Assembly (NCBI GenBank): GCA_031549385.1 | Contig: JAVBPW010000001.1 | Span: 288,001-352,000, forward strand | From: Alphaproteobacteria bacterium | GTDB lineage: Bacteria > Pseudomonadota > Alphaproteobacteria > Rs-D84 > SZUA-605 | DNA length: 64,000 bases | Direction: 5' to 3' | Shown here: in pieces, positions 40,701 to 50,194 of the stretch | How positions within the stretch are numbered: position 1 is the first letter of the stretch | How the letters are laid out: every line of letters starts with the position of its first letter | Notes under the pieces: model-generated | Databases searched by the model: none | What the model saw: the letters and a program-made list of their open reading frames with translations, nothing else | Told to the model about the DNA's origin: nothing | Made by a program: the position numbers and the translations under genes

Positions 40701-41166
40701 AATTATTGTTTGATAGATTTTTTCCTATTACCCCTTTTATTCCACCTGAAAGACAAATTAAACCTTCATTGAATTCTTGTAATGTTTCCCAAGATGCTGA
40801 TGGAGTAAATCCAGATGCTGAGTTTGTGTAAACTTGAGATAATATTTTTGTTATATTTAGATAACCTTTTTCATTTTGAACTAATAAAACTATTTGACCT
40901 AGTTCAGGTTCAAGCTTTTTTCCAAAGCTATCAAAGCGTTCTTCAAGTTCAATAGGTATATTAATTTGAGTTCCAATTATAGGCTGAATGCCGGCTTTTA
41001 GAGTAGTTTTTGAAAATTCTGGCCAGCCAAAACCATTATTTGTATCTGTTATGGCTACAGCTGGCATTTTGTTTTCTTTGGCTAGACTTACAAGATTGTC
41101 TATTTTTATAGCACCTTCAGCTAATGAATAGCTGCTATGATTTCTGAGGTGTATAAACTTCGGCAT
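37744..41166 (-). CDS. dnaE: DNA polymerase III alpha subunit
   Basis: PHP HLRNHSSYSL, GPGRGSGAGS, FERFLNPDRISMPDFDIDF, YGFNKSHA. Confidence 0.98.
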   Translation of the reverse strand: MPKFIHLRNHSSYSLAEGAIKIDNLVSLAKENKMPAVAITDTNNGFGWPEFSKTTLKAGIQPIIGTQINIPIELEERFDSFGKKLEPELGQIVLLVQNEKGYLNITKILSQVYTNSASGFTPSASWETLQEFNEGLICLSGGIKGVIGKNLSNNNFENTNVIAKKLNEIFTNRFYVEIQRHFLEPEEQLEPHFIKIATDLNIPLVATNECYFDKEEMYLAHDAFLCISQATFTDEIDRRKETTHHYFKSQEQMETLFEDLPEAIQNTVTIAQRCGFAVPNRPPLLPHAYDTTKYSEKEILEQQSRDGLKKRLEDLKLSEEDQKQYWERLDFELSVINNMGFPGYFLIVSDFIKWAKNRNIPVGPGRGSGAGSIVAWGLEITDLNPLQYGLLFERFLNPDRISMPDFDIDFCKDGREEVINYVKEKYGQDKVAQIISFGELQAKSAIRDVGRVMRIPHPVVDRIAKLIPAEANQSVTLKQAIEQSQELKDLKQNDENIALLLNYAEQLEGLYRQTGTHACGIVIGDRPLTELIPLYKDDRSQMPNTQFDVYSVEDTGLVKYDFLGLKTLSIMKQTIELIEKDGLKAPDINKLNLEDPKVYELFARGDTVGIFQFESRGMQEYLQKLQPTKFEELIAMNALYRPGPIENIPMFINRKHGVEKIEYPHPSLEGILSPTYGVIVYQEQVMQISQILANFSKGKADTVRKAMGKKIAKLMAELKIEFIEGAINNNIPKEEAESIWNLMEKFASYGFNKSHAACYAYIAYQTAYLKTHFRPYFMAATMNYEEDTDKLSMFFKDCKKNNLEVFPPDINKSNSEFKVEEGSIRYALGAIKNVGPEAMRQIVEERTKNGDFKDISDLINRIDYKSINKRMLENLIKAGAMDSLEQNRALLLNNVDVMINHARIKAQEQEADQVSLFGEISDSHDNNLMASFKKANKMTLSDQIKKEYEAIGFYITSHPIFSYEELLQKRKVLNSSFFKTTHENGNITVAAVIDTVFFKETKETKKPMAILSLSDMEGTFSALVFENLINRDMLKKDTPVIITGQLKKDGDSYTIFAKAIDFLENYFLVNTFHFILQLKDTDQVTKLNEILSEAKPGNAHITAKIATSAGIASLSLPKKYQITHELVTKLKKEKITVIMD

Positions 41167-41178
41167 CTTTTCTCCAAA

Positions 41179-43833
41179 TTAATTTAATTTTCCACAACAA
41201 TGTTTATATTTTTTTCCACTTCCACATGAACAAGGTTCGTTTCTTCTTGGCTTTTCACTGTGAATATCTATTTCAGTTTCTGCTCCAACTATTTTTTGTG
41301 GTTCAGGTTGTTCCTGCATTATTTCTTCGTCTTGTCTTTTTGCTTTTTCTTCAAAATAATGTAGAGCTTCTTCGTCAAATTCCATACGAGCTATTGTTGA
41401 AGTTGTTCTTGTTGAAACATCAAATAACATTTCTTGGAAGTATTGGAATGATGTTTTTTGATATTCTTGTAATGGATCTTTTTGACCGTATTGTTGCAAG
41501 TAACTTGCTCTTTTTAAAGAATCTATTTGAGATAAGTAATCTTTCCAACGTGAGTCTAAGATTTCTAAGAATATAATCTTTTGAATGTTGTTATAAATTG
41601 TTTTATATTTTTCTTTTTTCTTTTCAATTGCTGTTTTTACTGCATCAAGAATATAGTTAAATATTGTTATATCTTTTATATCTTCATTCTTAATCCATTC
41701 TTGTAATGGTAGTTTTAAATTGAATAATTCTTGAAGAGATAAATCAATACCATTTATATTCCATTCATATGTATATGAGTTTTCTGGAATGTTACGTGAT
41801 ACTATATTTTCTACTACATCTTCAATCATATCATTTAATTCTTTATCAAGATTTTCAGCGTTGATAATTTTAATACGTTGATTGTAGATTATCTTTCTTT
41901 GTTCGTTTGCTATATCATCATATTTTAATAAATTTTTTCTGATGTCAAAGTTATGAGCTTCTACTTTTTGTTGTGCTTTCTCTAATGCTTTTGAAATCCA
42001 TCTGTGAGTGATTGCTTCACCTTCTTTTAGACCAAATGTTGTTAGAATAGAGTCTAGTCTTTGTGCTCCAAATATTCTCATTAAATCATCATCTAATGAT
42101 AAAAAGAACTTAGATGCTCCTACGTCACCTTGACGACCTGAACGACCTCTTAATTGGTTGTCTATACGTCTGCTTTCATGGCGTTCTGTTCCTATTACAA
42201 ATAATCCGCCAGCATTTAATGCGATTTCTTTGTCTGCAGCTATTTTTACTTTTACTTTTTCAATGTCTTTTTCTGATGCATTTTCACCTAAATTATTTAT
42301 ATGCATTTCTAAATTACCACCAAGTTGAATATCTGTTCCACGACCAGCCATATTTGTTGCAATTGTTACTGATCCTGGGATACCTGCATTGGCTACTATG
42401 CTAGCTTCTTTTTCATGGAATTTAGCGTTTAAAACTGAAATGTCTTTTATACCATATTCTTTTTCTAATATATTTGATAGTAATTCAGATTTTTCAATTG
42501 AAACTGTTCCAATTAATACTGGTTGTTTTCTTTCATGGCATTCTTTTACTAAATGAGCAATTGCTTTATATTTTTCTGCTGATGTTCTGTATATGTCATC
42601 TTCATGATCAGCACGTGCAATTGGTCTGTTTGTTGGAACTTCTATACAATTTAATTTGTATATTTGAAAGAATTCGTCTGCTTCTGTTAATGCTGTTCCT
42701 GTCATACCTGAAATCTTTGGATACATTCTGAAATAATTTTGGTATGTAATTGATGCTATTGTTTGGTTTTCTTGTTGGATTGCTACTCTTTCTTTTGCTT
42801 CTAATGCTTGATGTAATCCATTTGAAAAACGACGACCATCCATTATTCTTCCTGTAAAAGCATCAATTAAAAATACTTCATTGTCTTTTACAAGATAGTC
42901 TATATTTTTGTTATATAATTTATGAGCAAGTAATGCTTGGTCAAGATGATGAACTATATCTGTGTTTGCTAAGTCATAAAGATTTGGAGATTTTAATAAT
43001 CCTTTTTCTGTTAAAACTTTTTCAGCAAATTCTGCACCTTCTTCTGTTAACATTACGTTTTTATCTTTTTCATCTTTTTTATAATGCTCATCTTTGAACA
43101 TTGGGATTATTGAATCTAGTTCAACATATAAATCTGTTATGTCACTTCCAGCACCTGAAATGATTAACGGTGTTCTTGCTTCGTCAATTAAAATTGAGTC
43201 TACTTCGTCTATGATTGCGAAGTTTAATGGACGTTGATACATTGCATCCATAGAGTGTTTCATATTATCTCTTAAGTAATCAAATCCAAATTCTGAATTT
43301 GTTCCATATGTAATGTCTGCCATATATGCTGCTTTCTTTTCTTCGTCAGGTTGTTGTGATTTAATGCAGCCTACTGTTAATCCTAAAAATTCATAAACTT
43401 GACCCATCCACTTTGAGTCACGATCTGCTAGGTATTCGTTTACTGTAACTACATGTACACCTTTGCCACTTAATGCATTTAAATAAATTGGAAGTGTTGA
43501 TACAAGTGTTTTACCTTCACCTGTTTTCATTTCTACTACTGATCCTTTATGAATGAAAATACCACCAAGTAATTGTACGTCGTAATGTCTTTGGCTTAAT
43601 GTTCTTTTTGCTGCTTCACGTACTACTGCAAATGCATCAACAAGAATGTCGTCTAAGCTTTCACCTTTTGACAATCTGTCTTTTAATAAAATTGTTTGGT
43701 TCTTTAATTCTGCATCTGATAGGTTTTCATAATAACTTTCTTTTGCATTAATTTGTTCAATTGTTTTTGATTCTTTTTTGAGTAGTCTTTCGTTGGCATT
43801 ACCAAACATTTTTTTAATCATTTTTTCTAACAT
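41179..43833 (-). CDS. secA: Preprotein translocase SecA
   Basis: EMKTGEGKT, DEVDSILIDEARTP, ATNMAGRGTDI, SEC-C motif CSCGSGKKYKHCC. Confidence 0.98.
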   Translation of the reverse strand: MLEKMIKKMFGNANERLLKKESKTIEQINAKESYYENLSDAELKNQTILLKDRLSKGESLDDILVDAFAVVREAAKRTLSQRHYDVQLLGGIFIHKGSVVEMKTGEGKTLVSTLPIYLNALSGKGVHVVTVNEYLADRDSKWMGQVYEFLGLTVGCIKSQQPDEEKKAAYMADITYGTNSEFGFDYLRDNMKHSMDAMYQRPLNFAIIDEVDSILIDEARTPLIISGAGSDITDLYVELDSIIPMFKDEHYKKDEKDKNVMLTEEGAEFAEKVLTEKGLLKSPNLYDLANTDIVHHLDQALLAHKLYNKNIDYLVKDNEVFLIDAFTGRIMDGRRFSNGLHQALEAKERVAIQQENQTIASITYQNYFRMYPKISGMTGTALTEADEFFQIYKLNCIEVPTNRPIARADHEDDIYRTSAEKYKAIAHLVKECHERKQPVLIGTVSIEKSELLSNILEKEYGIKDISVLNAKFHEKEASIVANAGIPGSVTIATNMAGRGTDIQLGGNLEMHINNLGENASEKDIEKVKVKIAADKEIALNAGGLFVIGTERHESRRIDNQLRGRSGRQGDVGASKFFLSLDDDLMRIFGAQRLDSILTTFGLKEGEAITHRWISKALEKAQQKVEAHNFDIRKNLLKYDDIANEQRKIIYNQRIKIINAENLDKELNDMIEDVVENIVSRNIPENSYTYEWNINGIDLSLQELFNLKLPLQEWIKNEDIKDITIFNYILDAVKTAIEKKKEKYKTIYNNIQKIIFLEILDSRWKDYLSQIDSLKRASYLQQYGQKDPLQEYQKTSFQYFQEMLFDVSTRTTSTIARMEFDEEALHYFEEKAKRQDEEIMQEQPEPQKIVGAETEIDIHSEKPRRNEPCSCGSGKKYKHCCGKLN

Positions 43834-43949
43834 TTCTCGGCCTTTATACTAAATTTTATTAATATATCTAAGATAGACACTTAGATTGCTTTTTTCAATG
43901 TTTATTTTTACCTAAAGAGAACTTTTTATTAAGAGTTTATAAGGAAATA

Positions 43950-43979
43950 TTGACAATTAATTAAATTAATGCTCATATT
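43950..43979 (+). promoter_or_regulatory. Sigma70-type promoter candidate
   Basis: TTGACA-18-CATATT. Confidence 0.45.
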
Positions 43980-44009
43980 AATATGATAATAATCAATAAA
44001 CTTAAAAAT

Positions 44010-44297
44010 ATGAAAACTTTAACGGCACAGATTTTTACAGCTTGCTTTATGTTTATAGCAATGTTTGTAGTCCAGTTTTTCTTTTTTTATACTGGAGGAT
44101 TTGAGGATGGTATTAGTGTCATGACATGGACAATAACAACGTTGTTGCCTTTTGTTATTGCTCTTGCAATTTGGTTATTGCATTGGGTTATAATAAATAA
44201 GAATTTCAGAGAATTTTATGAAGGTTTCTGGGATAGGTGGCAACTTATGGTAGTTGCTTGTTGTTTTTTGCTCATGGCATTTGTTTTATTTATTTAA
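44010..44297 (+). CDS. Small 3-TM hypothetical protein
   Basis: Hydrophobic ORF between its own promoter and terminator; alternative start 43983. Confidence 0.65.
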   Translation: MKTLTAQIFTACFMFIAMFVVQFFFFYTGGFEDGISVMTWTITTLLPFVIALAIWLLHWVIINKNFREFYEGFWDRWQLMVVACCFLLMAFVLFI

Positions 44298-44305
44298 GTT
44301 AATTT

Positions 44306-44335
44306 AAAAAAGGGCTTTTAAAAGCCCTTTTTTTT
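44306..44335. terminator. Bidirectional terminator
   Basis: aaaaaagggctt-ttaa-aagccctttttt perfect palindrome. Confidence 0.85.
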
Positions 44336-46604
44336 ATTCTGCAACGCTTATCTTAGGGAAGGTGTAAGTTCCACCCCAATCAGCTTTCTTTATTTCTTTA
44401 CGTGCATTCTTTGCACCAGATTTTGGTTGGAATGTTGAGTAACATGCTACCTTATCATACTTTGAGTTATATACAACAGATGTTATTCCAAATGCAGCAG
44501 CTCCTAATCCTACAGCTCCTACTGTTGTTCCTACTGCTTTTCCTACTACAGCTTTGTTTGAGAAAGATTTGTTTCCTGCAAACTTTACTGTTAAGATGTT
44601 TAGGTTATCCCAATCAATTTCAAACTTTTGTGCTGTTGATTCAGCATCTCTTGTACCTTCAATTACTTTTAATGAATTTGCATAAACATCCTTATCATAA
44701 TCTTGAGGTTTGTTTAGGTTATTTTGGTAATCAGCAGTAGTTATTGTTCTTGCTAATTGGTCAATAACAGTTAATTCATTTGCTATATCTTCATGTCCAT
44801 TTTGGATTAATGTAGATTTTAATGAAGCCATATCAGGACATTTTGCTCCTTCTTTTGGTGCTGATAATACTAAGTATTCTGTATTACCATTTCCGTAGAA
44901 TAATGTAGCCATTGTGCATGCTTCGTTGAACTTGATTTGTCTTAAGTAATTTGGTGTTACATCAAATACTGTACGTACCAAGATCGCAGCAGAACATGTT
45001 GGTGATTTTTTACATATTCTTGTTTTCCATAGTGCGAATTCTACTTCGTCTACTATTTGTTGATATGTTGATCCCTTTCTGTTCAATGCATTTCTTACAG
45101 CTTTTATTTCATAGTCAGAGAATTTTTCTGCCAATTTCTTTCTGTCTTGAGAAACACTATATTCTTCTTGAGAAACAGTTGTTGTAGTTTGGATTGTGCT
45201 TCCATCTTCTGTTGTAACGTTTTCAAGAACATAGTAGTTATTTCCTACTTTTTGTACGTTTCCTTTTCCACCAGCATCCCAGCTGTTTGCAATAGCTGTT
45301 GTGATAGCGTCTTTTAACCAGATGTTGTCATCAATTCTTTTTCCTACGTTAAATCCAATGATACCTCCAGTAATAGCTCCACCACCTGTTGCAAGAGTTT
45401 TTGCAGCTTCTTCTGTTGCTATCCATTTTTTGCCTGCACGTTCACGACCTTTCTTTGAGAATGGATCGATAAACACATCATCATTACATTTTAATGTTTG
45501 GCCTTCGTCAAAGATTAAACGATCAATTTCTATGTTTGAATCATCACGTAATACGATAGTCCATTGACATTGATTCTTTGATGCATTGTATTGAGCACCT
45601 TCTCTTATACATGCGTTTTCTAATTTTACCATTTCTTCAATCAATGTGTCTTTTACATCTTGTGTTAATTCTTTGTTACAATTGATGTTGTCACTGTATG
45701 CGTTAACATAAGAATTGAATTTGTCATTATTTAACATCATTGTTAATGATAATTCTTCCATACATCCGTCGTTTTCACAGTATTCTGACATAGCATTTTG
45801 ATAAGCTCTTCTACACATGCCTCTTTGCCATTCTTTGTAATCAGGCATATATAAGTTTATTAATGATAATCTGATTTTATCTGCAAGTTTATTCATACAA
45901 TAATCTGTGAAGAAGTATTTAGTTGCTCCAGACGCTGTTGGGTTTGTAATAGAATTCATGTAATCTTGAGTACTGTTCTTTTTCATGTATTCAAGAATTT
46001 GGAAATTCTTTATTTTGTAACAACCTTGATTGCCTTGGCAATATTTATCAATTGCACTTCCATATTGTTCATGACATGCGTCTGTTACAGTTGAATAATT
46101 TGATGGAATATATGCTTCAACTAAGTTTACTATGTATGGAGAGCACATAGCTACTACTGATGAGTTGTATACATAAGTTCCTGCTGTATATGTTCTTGAT
46201 TCTGAAGTTGCTGGAGAATCAAATTTGTATGTGTTCAAAGTAGCAATTGTTCTGTCCAATGGGAGAGATTGAGACACGATATATGTGTTTGAACTTTCTG
46301 AACATTCATTTTCTAAACAATATGTTTTTAAAGCTTGGCCTACTAAATTTTTACATCTTACATCAATTGCGTCAAAGTCAATGTCAGTGTAACCAACATG
46401 TGTTCCATTGTAACCTAGAACTGAATCTGGTTTAGCAGTTGCAGTTTGGTATGTTAGTGATGGAGCAATTGTTCTTGTTGCCATCCCTGTAGATGTTAAT
46501 CCTGATCTTGTGGATTTCCCTGTATTTGCTCTTTGAGCATATCCGCTTGTTACCACAAGCAATGCTGCAAGGGTTAGGAATCCTAATGTTTTTAATTGCT
46601 TCAT
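44334..46604 (-). CDS. Large secreted Cys-rich protein with three 4-Cys repeats and glycine-zipper segments
   Basis: SD AAGGAG; signal peptide GYA|; 756 aa. Confidence 0.85.
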   Translation of the reverse strand: MKQLKTLGFLTLAALLVVTSGYAQRANTGKSTRSGLTSTGMATRTIAPSLTYQTATAKPDSVLGYNGTHVGYTDIDFDAIDVRCKNLVGQALKTYCLENECSESSNTYIVSQSLPLDRTIATLNTYKFDSPATSESRTYTAGTYVYNSSVVAMCSPYIVNLVEAYIPSNYSTVTDACHEQYGSAIDKYCQGNQGCYKIKNFQILEYMKKNSTQDYMNSITNPTASGATKYFFTDYCMNKLADKIRLSLINLYMPDYKEWQRGMCRRAYQNAMSEYCENDGCMEELSLTMMLNNDKFNSYVNAYSDNINCNKELTQDVKDTLIEEMVKLENACIREGAQYNASKNQCQWTIVLRDDSNIEIDRLIFDEGQTLKCNDDVFIDPFSKKGRERAGKKWIATEEAAKTLATGGGAITGGIIGFNVGKRIDDNIWLKDAITTAIANSWDAGGKGNVQKVGNNYYVLENVTTEDGSTIQTTTTVSQEEYSVSQDRKKLAEKFSDYEIKAVRNALNRKGSTYQQIVDEVEFALWKTRICKKSPTCSAAILVRTVFDVTPNYLRQIKFNEACTMATLFYGNGNTEYLVLSAPKEGAKCPDMASLKSTLIQNGHEDIANELTVIDQLARTITTADYQNNLNKPQDYDKDVYANSLKVIEGTRDAESTAQKFEIDWDNLNILTVKFAGNKSFSNKAVVGKAVGTTVGAVGLGAAAFGITSVVYNSKYDKVACYSTFQPKSGAKNARKEIKKADWGGTYTFPKISVAE

Positions 46605-46693
46605 AAGAGTCTCTCCTTCTCTTTTTTAAACTTTTGCTAGCTAATTGTATCACATTTTGTGAACTAAAACAAGGGATTATTGGTTTTTTGTTA

Positions 46694-46915
46694 TTATTTT
46701 TTTATGGCTATCAAAAGAATAATAAGCCAGAAGATTATTGTCCATGCAGTGATTAGATGTATCATCATGTACATGTGTTTGTGTTTGTCATTTATGTTGC
46801 CTTTGAAAATGAAGAATATTGGGGCTAAATAAATACCAATTATCACTAATATTGAAAAGAAATTATCAATAATTACTTGAAATAAATCTAATGAAAGTAG
46901 TGAAAGTAAACTCAT
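46694..46915 (-). CDS. Superinfection-immunity (T4 Imm-like) small membrane protein
   Basis: IYLAPIF...H.....IHLITAWTIIFWLIILLIA matches the YFLP..H..NLFLGWT.IGW pattern. Confidence 0.65.
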   Translation of the reverse strand: MSLLSLLSLDLFQVIIDNFFSILVIIGIYLAPIFFIFKGNINDKHKHMYMMIHLITAWTIIFWLIILLIAIKK

Positions 46916-46916
46916 A

Positions 46917-48146
46917 TTACCATATTCCTTTTACTTTTTCATTGATTTGTAATAAACGATTGTATTTTGCAAGTCGTTCTGAGCGGCTCATTGAGCCTGT
47001 TTTTATTTGAGTTGCATTTGTTGCAACTGATAGGTCGGCTATGAATGTGTCTTCTGTTTCTCCTGAACGATGGGAAATTATAAAATTGAAATTATTCTTT
47101 CTTGCAAGTTCAATTACTTCCATTGTTTCTGAAAGTGAACCTATTTGATTTAACTTTATTAGAATTGCATTTGCTGATTTTTCTTTAATTCCTCTTTTTA
47201 ATCTTTGAAGGTTTGTTGTGAATAAATCATCGCCTACTAATTGAACTTTTTTGCCTAATTTTGCAGTCAATGCTTTCCAATTTTCCCAATCATCTTCTGC
47301 AAGTGGATCTTCAATTGAAAATATTGGATATCTGCTTGTTAAATCTTCATAAACTTTTATCATATCTGATGAAGATAGTTTTTTTCCTTCATAGTTATAA
47401 GTTCCATTATCGTAAAATTCAGAAGCTGCACAATCGAGCGCTATTTGAATTTGCTTTGTTGTGTATCCTGCTTTTTTTATTGCTTCTAAGATTAATTCTA
47501 TTGCTTCAGTTGAAGAGTTGATTTGTGGAGCAAATCCACCTTCATCACCAACTGATGTTTCTAACTTTTTATCTTTTAAAATTGATTTTAATGTTTGAAA
47601 AATTTCTGCACATGCTTGCATTTTTTCTTCAAACTTTTTAATACCAATTGGTGAAATCATAAATTCTTGGAAGTCTAATTTATTATCAGAATGAGCACCT
47701 CCGTTTATTATGTTTACTAATGGAGTAGGAAGTGATTTACCTTTTCCTAAATATTGGTAAAGTTCTTTTCCTTGTGCTTTTGCAGAAGTTACTGCACAAG
47801 CCAAAGAAACTGATAAAATTGCATTTGCACCTAGGCTTGATTTGTTTGGAGTTCCATCAAGGTATATCATTGCAGAATCGAGTTCTTTTTGTTTTGATAC
47901 ATCTTTTGATTTTAATAATGGAAATATCTTTTTTTCTATATTCTTAATTGCATTATATACAGATTTACCTTTGTATTTTTTAGAATCTCCATCACGTAAT
48001 TCCAATGCTTCATGTTTTCCAGTTGATGCTCCACTTGGTACGTTTGCACAACCTTTAATTCCGTTTTTTAATTCTATTTCAGCTTGAATTGTTGGGATCC
48101 CACGTGAATCAAATATCTGACGCGCAGTTATTTTTTTGATTTCCAT
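46917..48146 (-). CDS. eno: Enolase
   Basis: DSRGIPT, PSGASTG..EALELRD, NGGAH, GDEGGFAP, SHRSGETED, QIKTGS; alternative start 48158. Confidence 0.97.
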   Translation of the reverse strand: MEIKKITARQIFDSRGIPTIQAEIELKNGIKGCANVPSGASTGKHEALELRDGDSKKYKGKSVYNAIKNIEKKIFPLLKSKDVSKQKELDSAMIYLDGTPNKSSLGANAILSVSLACAVTSAKAQGKELYQYLGKGKSLPTPLVNIINGGAHSDNKLDFQEFMISPIGIKKFEEKMQACAEIFQTLKSILKDKKLETSVGDEGGFAPQINSSTEAIELILEAIKKAGYTTKQIQIALDCAASEFYDNGTYNYEGKKLSSSDMIKVYEDLTSRYPIFSIEDPLAEDDWENWKALTAKLGKKVQLVGDDLFTTNLQRLKRGIKEKSANAILIKLNQIGSLSETMEVIELARKNNFNFIISHRSGETEDTFIADLSVATNATQIKTGSMSRSERLAKYNRLLQINEKVKGIW

Positions 48147-48147
48147 T

Positions 48148-48978
48148 TTATTTTTCATCCTTCCTAAATAATGCTATTAATAATTTTACTGCATATACAA
48201 GCAGAAACCATGGGAGGATTGCTCCTATAAGAACTATTGGAATCAAACCATAACTGTAAAATGCATACATGAATGAGTAAAATGCATTTTTAAAATAACT
48301 TAGATTTGATAGGTAAACTCTTTGAATGTCTATTTTAATTAATGTTTGTGTGTTTGATTTATCTAAGTTATCAAGAATGATTTGGTTGGAAGACACTTCT
48401 TTTGATATTTTTGAAATAGACTTATTAAAGTTTTCATTTGGAGTTTGAGATGTTTCTTGAATGTCAATTAAATCATTTTGTAGGTTTTGTAAGACGTCTT
48501 GTTTTGCTGTGTGAAAATCTATTAATTCTTGAATGTTCTTTTGTTTATAATTAAAGCTTATTTTAGCGTTTTCAGTGGAATTTATTTCGTCTATGAATAA
48601 ATTTTCATCTATTATATTCATTCTTATTACTAAATGAGCAAAAGGTGAAATTCCATGATGTGGAAGGTTGAGTTTTTCTTTTACTATATCGCAATTAGGT
48701 GTTTCTTTGCATAAAGAAGATAAGTTTTCTAATATTAATTCTATATCTTCTGGTTGAGTTTCTATTTTAAAATTATAGTTTTCTTTGTATAAGTTATTGG
48801 ATTTGCTTGCAAAATTATTCTTTATATATACAAAAGTATCCTTATATGGGTATTTTACTATGCTTGAGGCAAAACTTTGGATTTTAACTGCAAATTGGGT
48901 AATAGTTGACTTTGTCTGATCCATATTGCAGGCAGAGATTAAGACTGATAACCCAAGTAATAGTAAGTATTTTTTCAT
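48148..48978 (-). CDS. Lipoprotein, DUF4349-like
   Basis: Lipobox ISAC, coiled coil, C-terminal TM with ILPW. Confidence 0.55.
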   Translation of the reverse strand: MKKYLLLLGLSVLISACNMDQTKSTITQFAVKIQSFASSIVKYPYKDTFVYIKNNFASKSNNLYKENYNFKIETQPEDIELILENLSSLCKETPNCDIVKEKLNLPHHGISPFAHLVIRMNIIDENLFIDEINSTENAKISFNYKQKNIQELIDFHTAKQDVLQNLQNDLIDIQETSQTPNENFNKSISKISKEVSSNQIILDNLDKSNTQTLIKIDIQRVYLSNLSYFKNAFYSFMYAFYSYGLIPIVLIGAILPWFLLVYAVKLLIALFRKDEK

Positions 48979-49049
48979 TTTTTGTACCTATAAATATAAG
49001 GTTATCAAAGATTAGTCTTAAAATCCAGTGAAAAAATCGATTTTTTTAC

Positions 49050-49078
49050 TTGACAAATACTTTTGTATGAACTATATT
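49050..49078 (+). promoter_or_regulatory. Sigma70-type promoter
   Basis: TTGACA-17-TATATT. Confidence 0.65.
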
Positions 49079-49097
49079 TCAAGGGAATGTTTAACGA

Positions 49098-49280
49098 ATG
49101 GAGTTTAATATGCCAAAGATTCCGACAGGAAAGATTGTTGACACAAGCTTTTTTCTTGAAGGCTTAGATGCTTTAGAAAAGACAGCTAAAAATCTTAAAA
49201 CTAAGTATGGTGAACAAGATTTTTCTGATGTGACTGATGAAGTTAAGAACCTTAAAGAAAAAATCGGATTTAAAGAATAA
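49098..49280 (+). CDS. Small hypothetical protein (monocistronic)
   Basis: Own promoter and terminator; SD GGAG favours ATG 49110; amphipathic helices. Confidence 0.65.
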   Translation: MEFNMPKIPTGKIVDTSFFLEGLDALEKTAKNLKTKYGEQDFSDVTDEVKNLKEKIGFKE

Positions 49281-49312
49281 TTTATTGGAAATTTTCTTGA
49301 AAGATAGAATTT

Positions 49313-49333
49313 GGCCCCTAGGGGTCTTTTTTT
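49313..49333 (+). terminator. Intrinsic terminator
   Basis: ggccc-ctag-gggtc-ttttttt. Confidence 0.65.
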
Positions 49334-49411
49334 ATTTTTAAACTTAGGAAATTGTTGCAAAATCATATATTAAAATATATTATAGGAAAGATTAATTAAA
49401 AGGATGTAAAT

Positions 49412-50194
49412 ATGGAAAATTCTAAATCAGCTTCACTTAATGTTATGTTGGAGGCTGTTTCTAAAGTTGGTGGAATGATTAGACGTGATTTCGGAGAAGT
49501 TGAAAATCTTCAAATTGCTTCAAAGGGACTTAATGATTTTGTTACTTCTACTGACTTCAAAGTTCAAAAAAAGCTTGTTGAAATACTTAGAGAAAAAAGA
49601 GAAAAGTATGGAATTATTGCTGAAGAAGAAAATTTAAAGATTAATGGAGCTGATATTGCTCATAATTTTATTGTGGATCCTATTGATGGGACTACTAACT
49701 TTATGCACGGATTTCCTTATTTTGCTGTATCCATTGGTTTGACTGAACAAAAGAATTTTATTGCAGGGGTTGTTTATAATCCTATTACTGAAGAAGTGTT
49801 TTATGCAGAAAAAGGACAAGGTGCTTATTTAGATCATCCTTATAAAAGTAAAAGACTTAGAGTTTCAAAAAGACGTGAACTCGGAAAGTGTTTGATTTCT
49901 TTTTATCCAGCTCTTTGTGCTGAAAAAGGAGATTGTTCTGTTAGTATTAGAGATGATTTACAAAGCAAATACTCTGTTAGAGATTTTGGGTCTATTGCAC
50001 TTGATATGGCTTATTTAGCTTCTGGAAAATTAGATGCTATGATTGCTTATAAACCTAAATTAGTTGATTATGCAGGAGGAATTCCATTAGTTGTTGAAGC
50101 TGGTGGGTTTGTTGAAGAAGCTGGTGATTTTTTAATCGCTGGGTGCTCAAGAGAAGTTTTAGATGAATTGAAGGATATATGTTTAAAAAAGTAG
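49412..50194 (+). CDS. suhB: Inositol monophosphatase family protein SuhB
   Basis: RDFGEVENLQ, VDPIDGTTNFMHG, GSIALDMAYLASG. Confidence 0.92.
   Translation: MENSKSASLNVMLEAVSKVGGMIRRDFGEVENLQIASKGLNDFVTSTDFKVQKKLVEILREKREKYGIIAEEENLKINGADIAHNFIVDPIDGTTNFMHGFPYFAVSIGLTEQKNFIAGVVYNPITEEVFYAEKGQGAYLDHPYKSKRLRVSKRRELGKCLISFYPALCAEKGDCSVSIRDDLQSKYSVRDFGSIALDMAYLASGKLDAMIAYKPKLVDYAGGIPLVVEAGGFVEEAGDFLIAGCSREVLDELKDICLKK

Noticed and set aside
37744-41166. Intein or intron in dnaE
   Set aside because: Normal length (1140 aa) and contiguous motifs
49091-49366. 91-aa minus-strand ORF
   Set aside because: Antisense to the + ORF, which has promoter, SD and terminator
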